Shown: in pieces, positions 62,379-64,000 of the stretch | How the letters are laid out: every line of letters starts with the position of its first letter | Position numbering within the stretch: position 1 is the first letter of the stretch | DNA from: Vitrella brassicaformis CCMP3155 | Taxonomy: Eukaryota; Protista; Chromerida | Length of the DNA stretch: 64,000 nt | NCBI GenBank assembly: GCA_001179505.1 | Contig: CDMY01001045.1 | Coordinates: forward strand, 1 to 64,000 | Direction: 5' to 3' | Position numbers and translations under genes: made by a program | The notes under the pieces: model-generated | What the model saw: only the letters and a program-made list of their open reading frames with translations | Databases searched by the model: none | Told to the model about the DNA's origin: nothing

Positions 62379-63640
62379 ATGGCCATGGACGAGAAGAGTG
62401 TCGTCGGAGGCGACAGCCAGGGTGAACATATCATGTCCAAGGAGGACCTCGCAGACACTCACATCATCGGACAAGTACATACGCAGACAGACATTGTCAA
62501 GCAGACAGGCAGACAGCAAAGAAACAGACAGACAGACAGACAGACAATCGAAGAAACAGACAGTCACTTGGTCACGTACGCTTGGTGTCTCTGGCCACGT
62601 GTGCAGGTTGACCACAAGTTTGTATGCTGCTTCGCTGCCTCGATGCAGTCCATCGCCCTGGTGGACCAACACGCATGCGGTAAGGACAAAAGTCGCTCGG
62701 TCAATCATTCTGTCTCTTGCCTCATCCGTGGCCGTTTCGTTGTTTGGCGAATGTGGAGGTGAGCGAATTGAGTTGGAGAAGATCTTCGAGGCCCTTGCAG
62801 CGGGCTGCCACGACGACAAGCTGCTGTCGACGGCTGTTCTCTCGCCCGCAGCCCGTGTGCTACTCACGCCAGGACAGCACGCCGCACTCGTCAAATATCA
62901 AACACTCGTACGTCTATCGCTCCACACCACATTCTGTCGTGTGTGGCTGGATGGATGGATGGATGCAGGTGAGCAAGTGGCGTTTCCATGTCGATGTCTC
63001 GTCAGCTGCCATGGCTCCCGACGGATCCATCCGCGTCAAAGGTCAGTCAGTCCAGGCATGAGTTCATGACATGAATGAAGGCGTTGCATTGCGCTGCATC
63101 AGTCCACTCTGTTCCAAAAGTGGCATCGTATCAAGCAGCGCCCGAGGAACTTCCCTTCTTCCTACAGTATCGCACACACCCACATCACACAGACAGAGAG
63201 AGACAAGTGGACAGACAGACAGACGCACAACAAACGCATCTCTGTTTCTCCTCATGTGTTTGTCCATGTGATCAGGTACTTGGAGACACAAAAGGAGGTG
63301 CATTTCCCCTTCCCCGTCCCACACAACTGTCGCAAGCAGCTCGTGTACCAAGCGTGTCGTCGAGCCATCAAGTTCGGCGACCCCCTCACCGACCTGCAAC
63401 AGGCCGACCTCCTCACACGCATCAAGCAATGCAAATATCCATTCCAGGTCGCACCCATTGCACAGAGACGCCAGCCCTCACATGCATGTGTGTCTTGTGG
63501 TGTAGTGTGCGCATGGGCGGCCGACTGTGTATCCATTGTTCACGCTGGATGGCCCTGATGCCTGTGCTGGCGACAGCAGACACGAAGACAGTGAGGGCAA
63601 GTCGGCCGGATGGGAGAGAGAGCTGGGGCCCATCGACTGA
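62379..63640 (+). CDS. MLH3: MLH3-type MutL C-terminal endonuclease domain, apparently without the N-terminal ATPase
   Basis: IIGQ|VDHKFVCC, LVDQHAC|GERIELE (DQHA-x2-E-x4-E), QACRRAIKFGDPL and CKYPFQ|CAHGRPT, stop at 63640. The start is uncertain (62343 or 62379, or a short upstream exon). Confidence 0.8.
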
Positions 63641-64000
63641 AAATATGTCAGCGCGCACAAATCGTCCGTTATGCATGTGAATGATGTGTTGAGGCAAAGA
63701 CGGCTTGGTGTGCGCGCACGTGACTTTCTGCACATTAGCGAAACGGTTGTGCTGCATCGTGTACAAGAGCTGGCATTGCCGACTGTGGACACCGTCAATT
63801 GTACGAAGCACTTGGACATCGTTTTCATCCACTGACCGCCGCGCCACCACAGCGAAAGTGCGACACACGAGTGGTCAGGAGACATGAGGAAAACGTTCAA
63901 GAACTCCGACGAAGCCAATGCCAAGTCTGTCGACATAAGTCACACGTCAAAAGACGGATAAAGGTAAAAGAACCAATGGCCGTGCGCGCGCGATGCCCGT

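Noticed and set aside
63422-63936. Minus-strand ORFs overlapping the MLH3 3' end
   Set aside because: They could be the tail of a gene outside the window, but show no recognisable motif and partly overlap a better-supported plus-strand exon.
1-64000. Hundreds of short overlapping ORFs rich in CVCV, THTH, LSLS and DRQT
   Set aside because: These are translations of intronic dinucleotide and tetranucleotide repeats or antisense frames of GC-rich exons, not genes.
1-64000. CRISPR arrays, tRNA/rRNA genes, prokaryotic operons or defence systems
   Set aside because: None seen. The sequence is eukaryotic with spliceosomal introns, and the repeats are simple microsatellites.

Overview
Eukaryotic, intron-rich, GC-rich genomic DNA with three 300-N assembly gaps. 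Introns are short and full of AC/GT, GACA/TGTC, AG/CT and GGAT microsatellites. This style suggests an alveolate such as the chromerid Vitrella brassicaformis (inference only, no search run). About 20 genes were reconstructed by splicing ORF fragments by eye. Recognisable ones are PurN, a Ser/Thr kinase, a Myb protein, a PAN/apple multipass membrane protein, SLC35F, FAHD1, single-chain ATP-citrate lyase, an SDR, a Dispatched-like RND protein, a tetraspanin-like protein, acylphosphatase, a very divergent alpha-like tubulin and an MLH3-type C-terminal endonuclease domain. Most notable: (1) a duplicated head-to-head module pairing a MYND-finger/catalytically dead cyclophilin fusion with a Cdc37-N-motif protein, the second copy interrupted by an intronless SLC35F gene; (2) a TGCGAGCTT(AG) motif seen only in head-to-head intergenic regions, including a perfect 28-bp palindrome between FAHD1 and ACL; (3) introns with complementary microsatellites at opposite ends; (4) a stand-alone MLH3 nuclease domain next to a MITE-like hairpin. 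All exon boundaries are manual predictions without RNA evidence.
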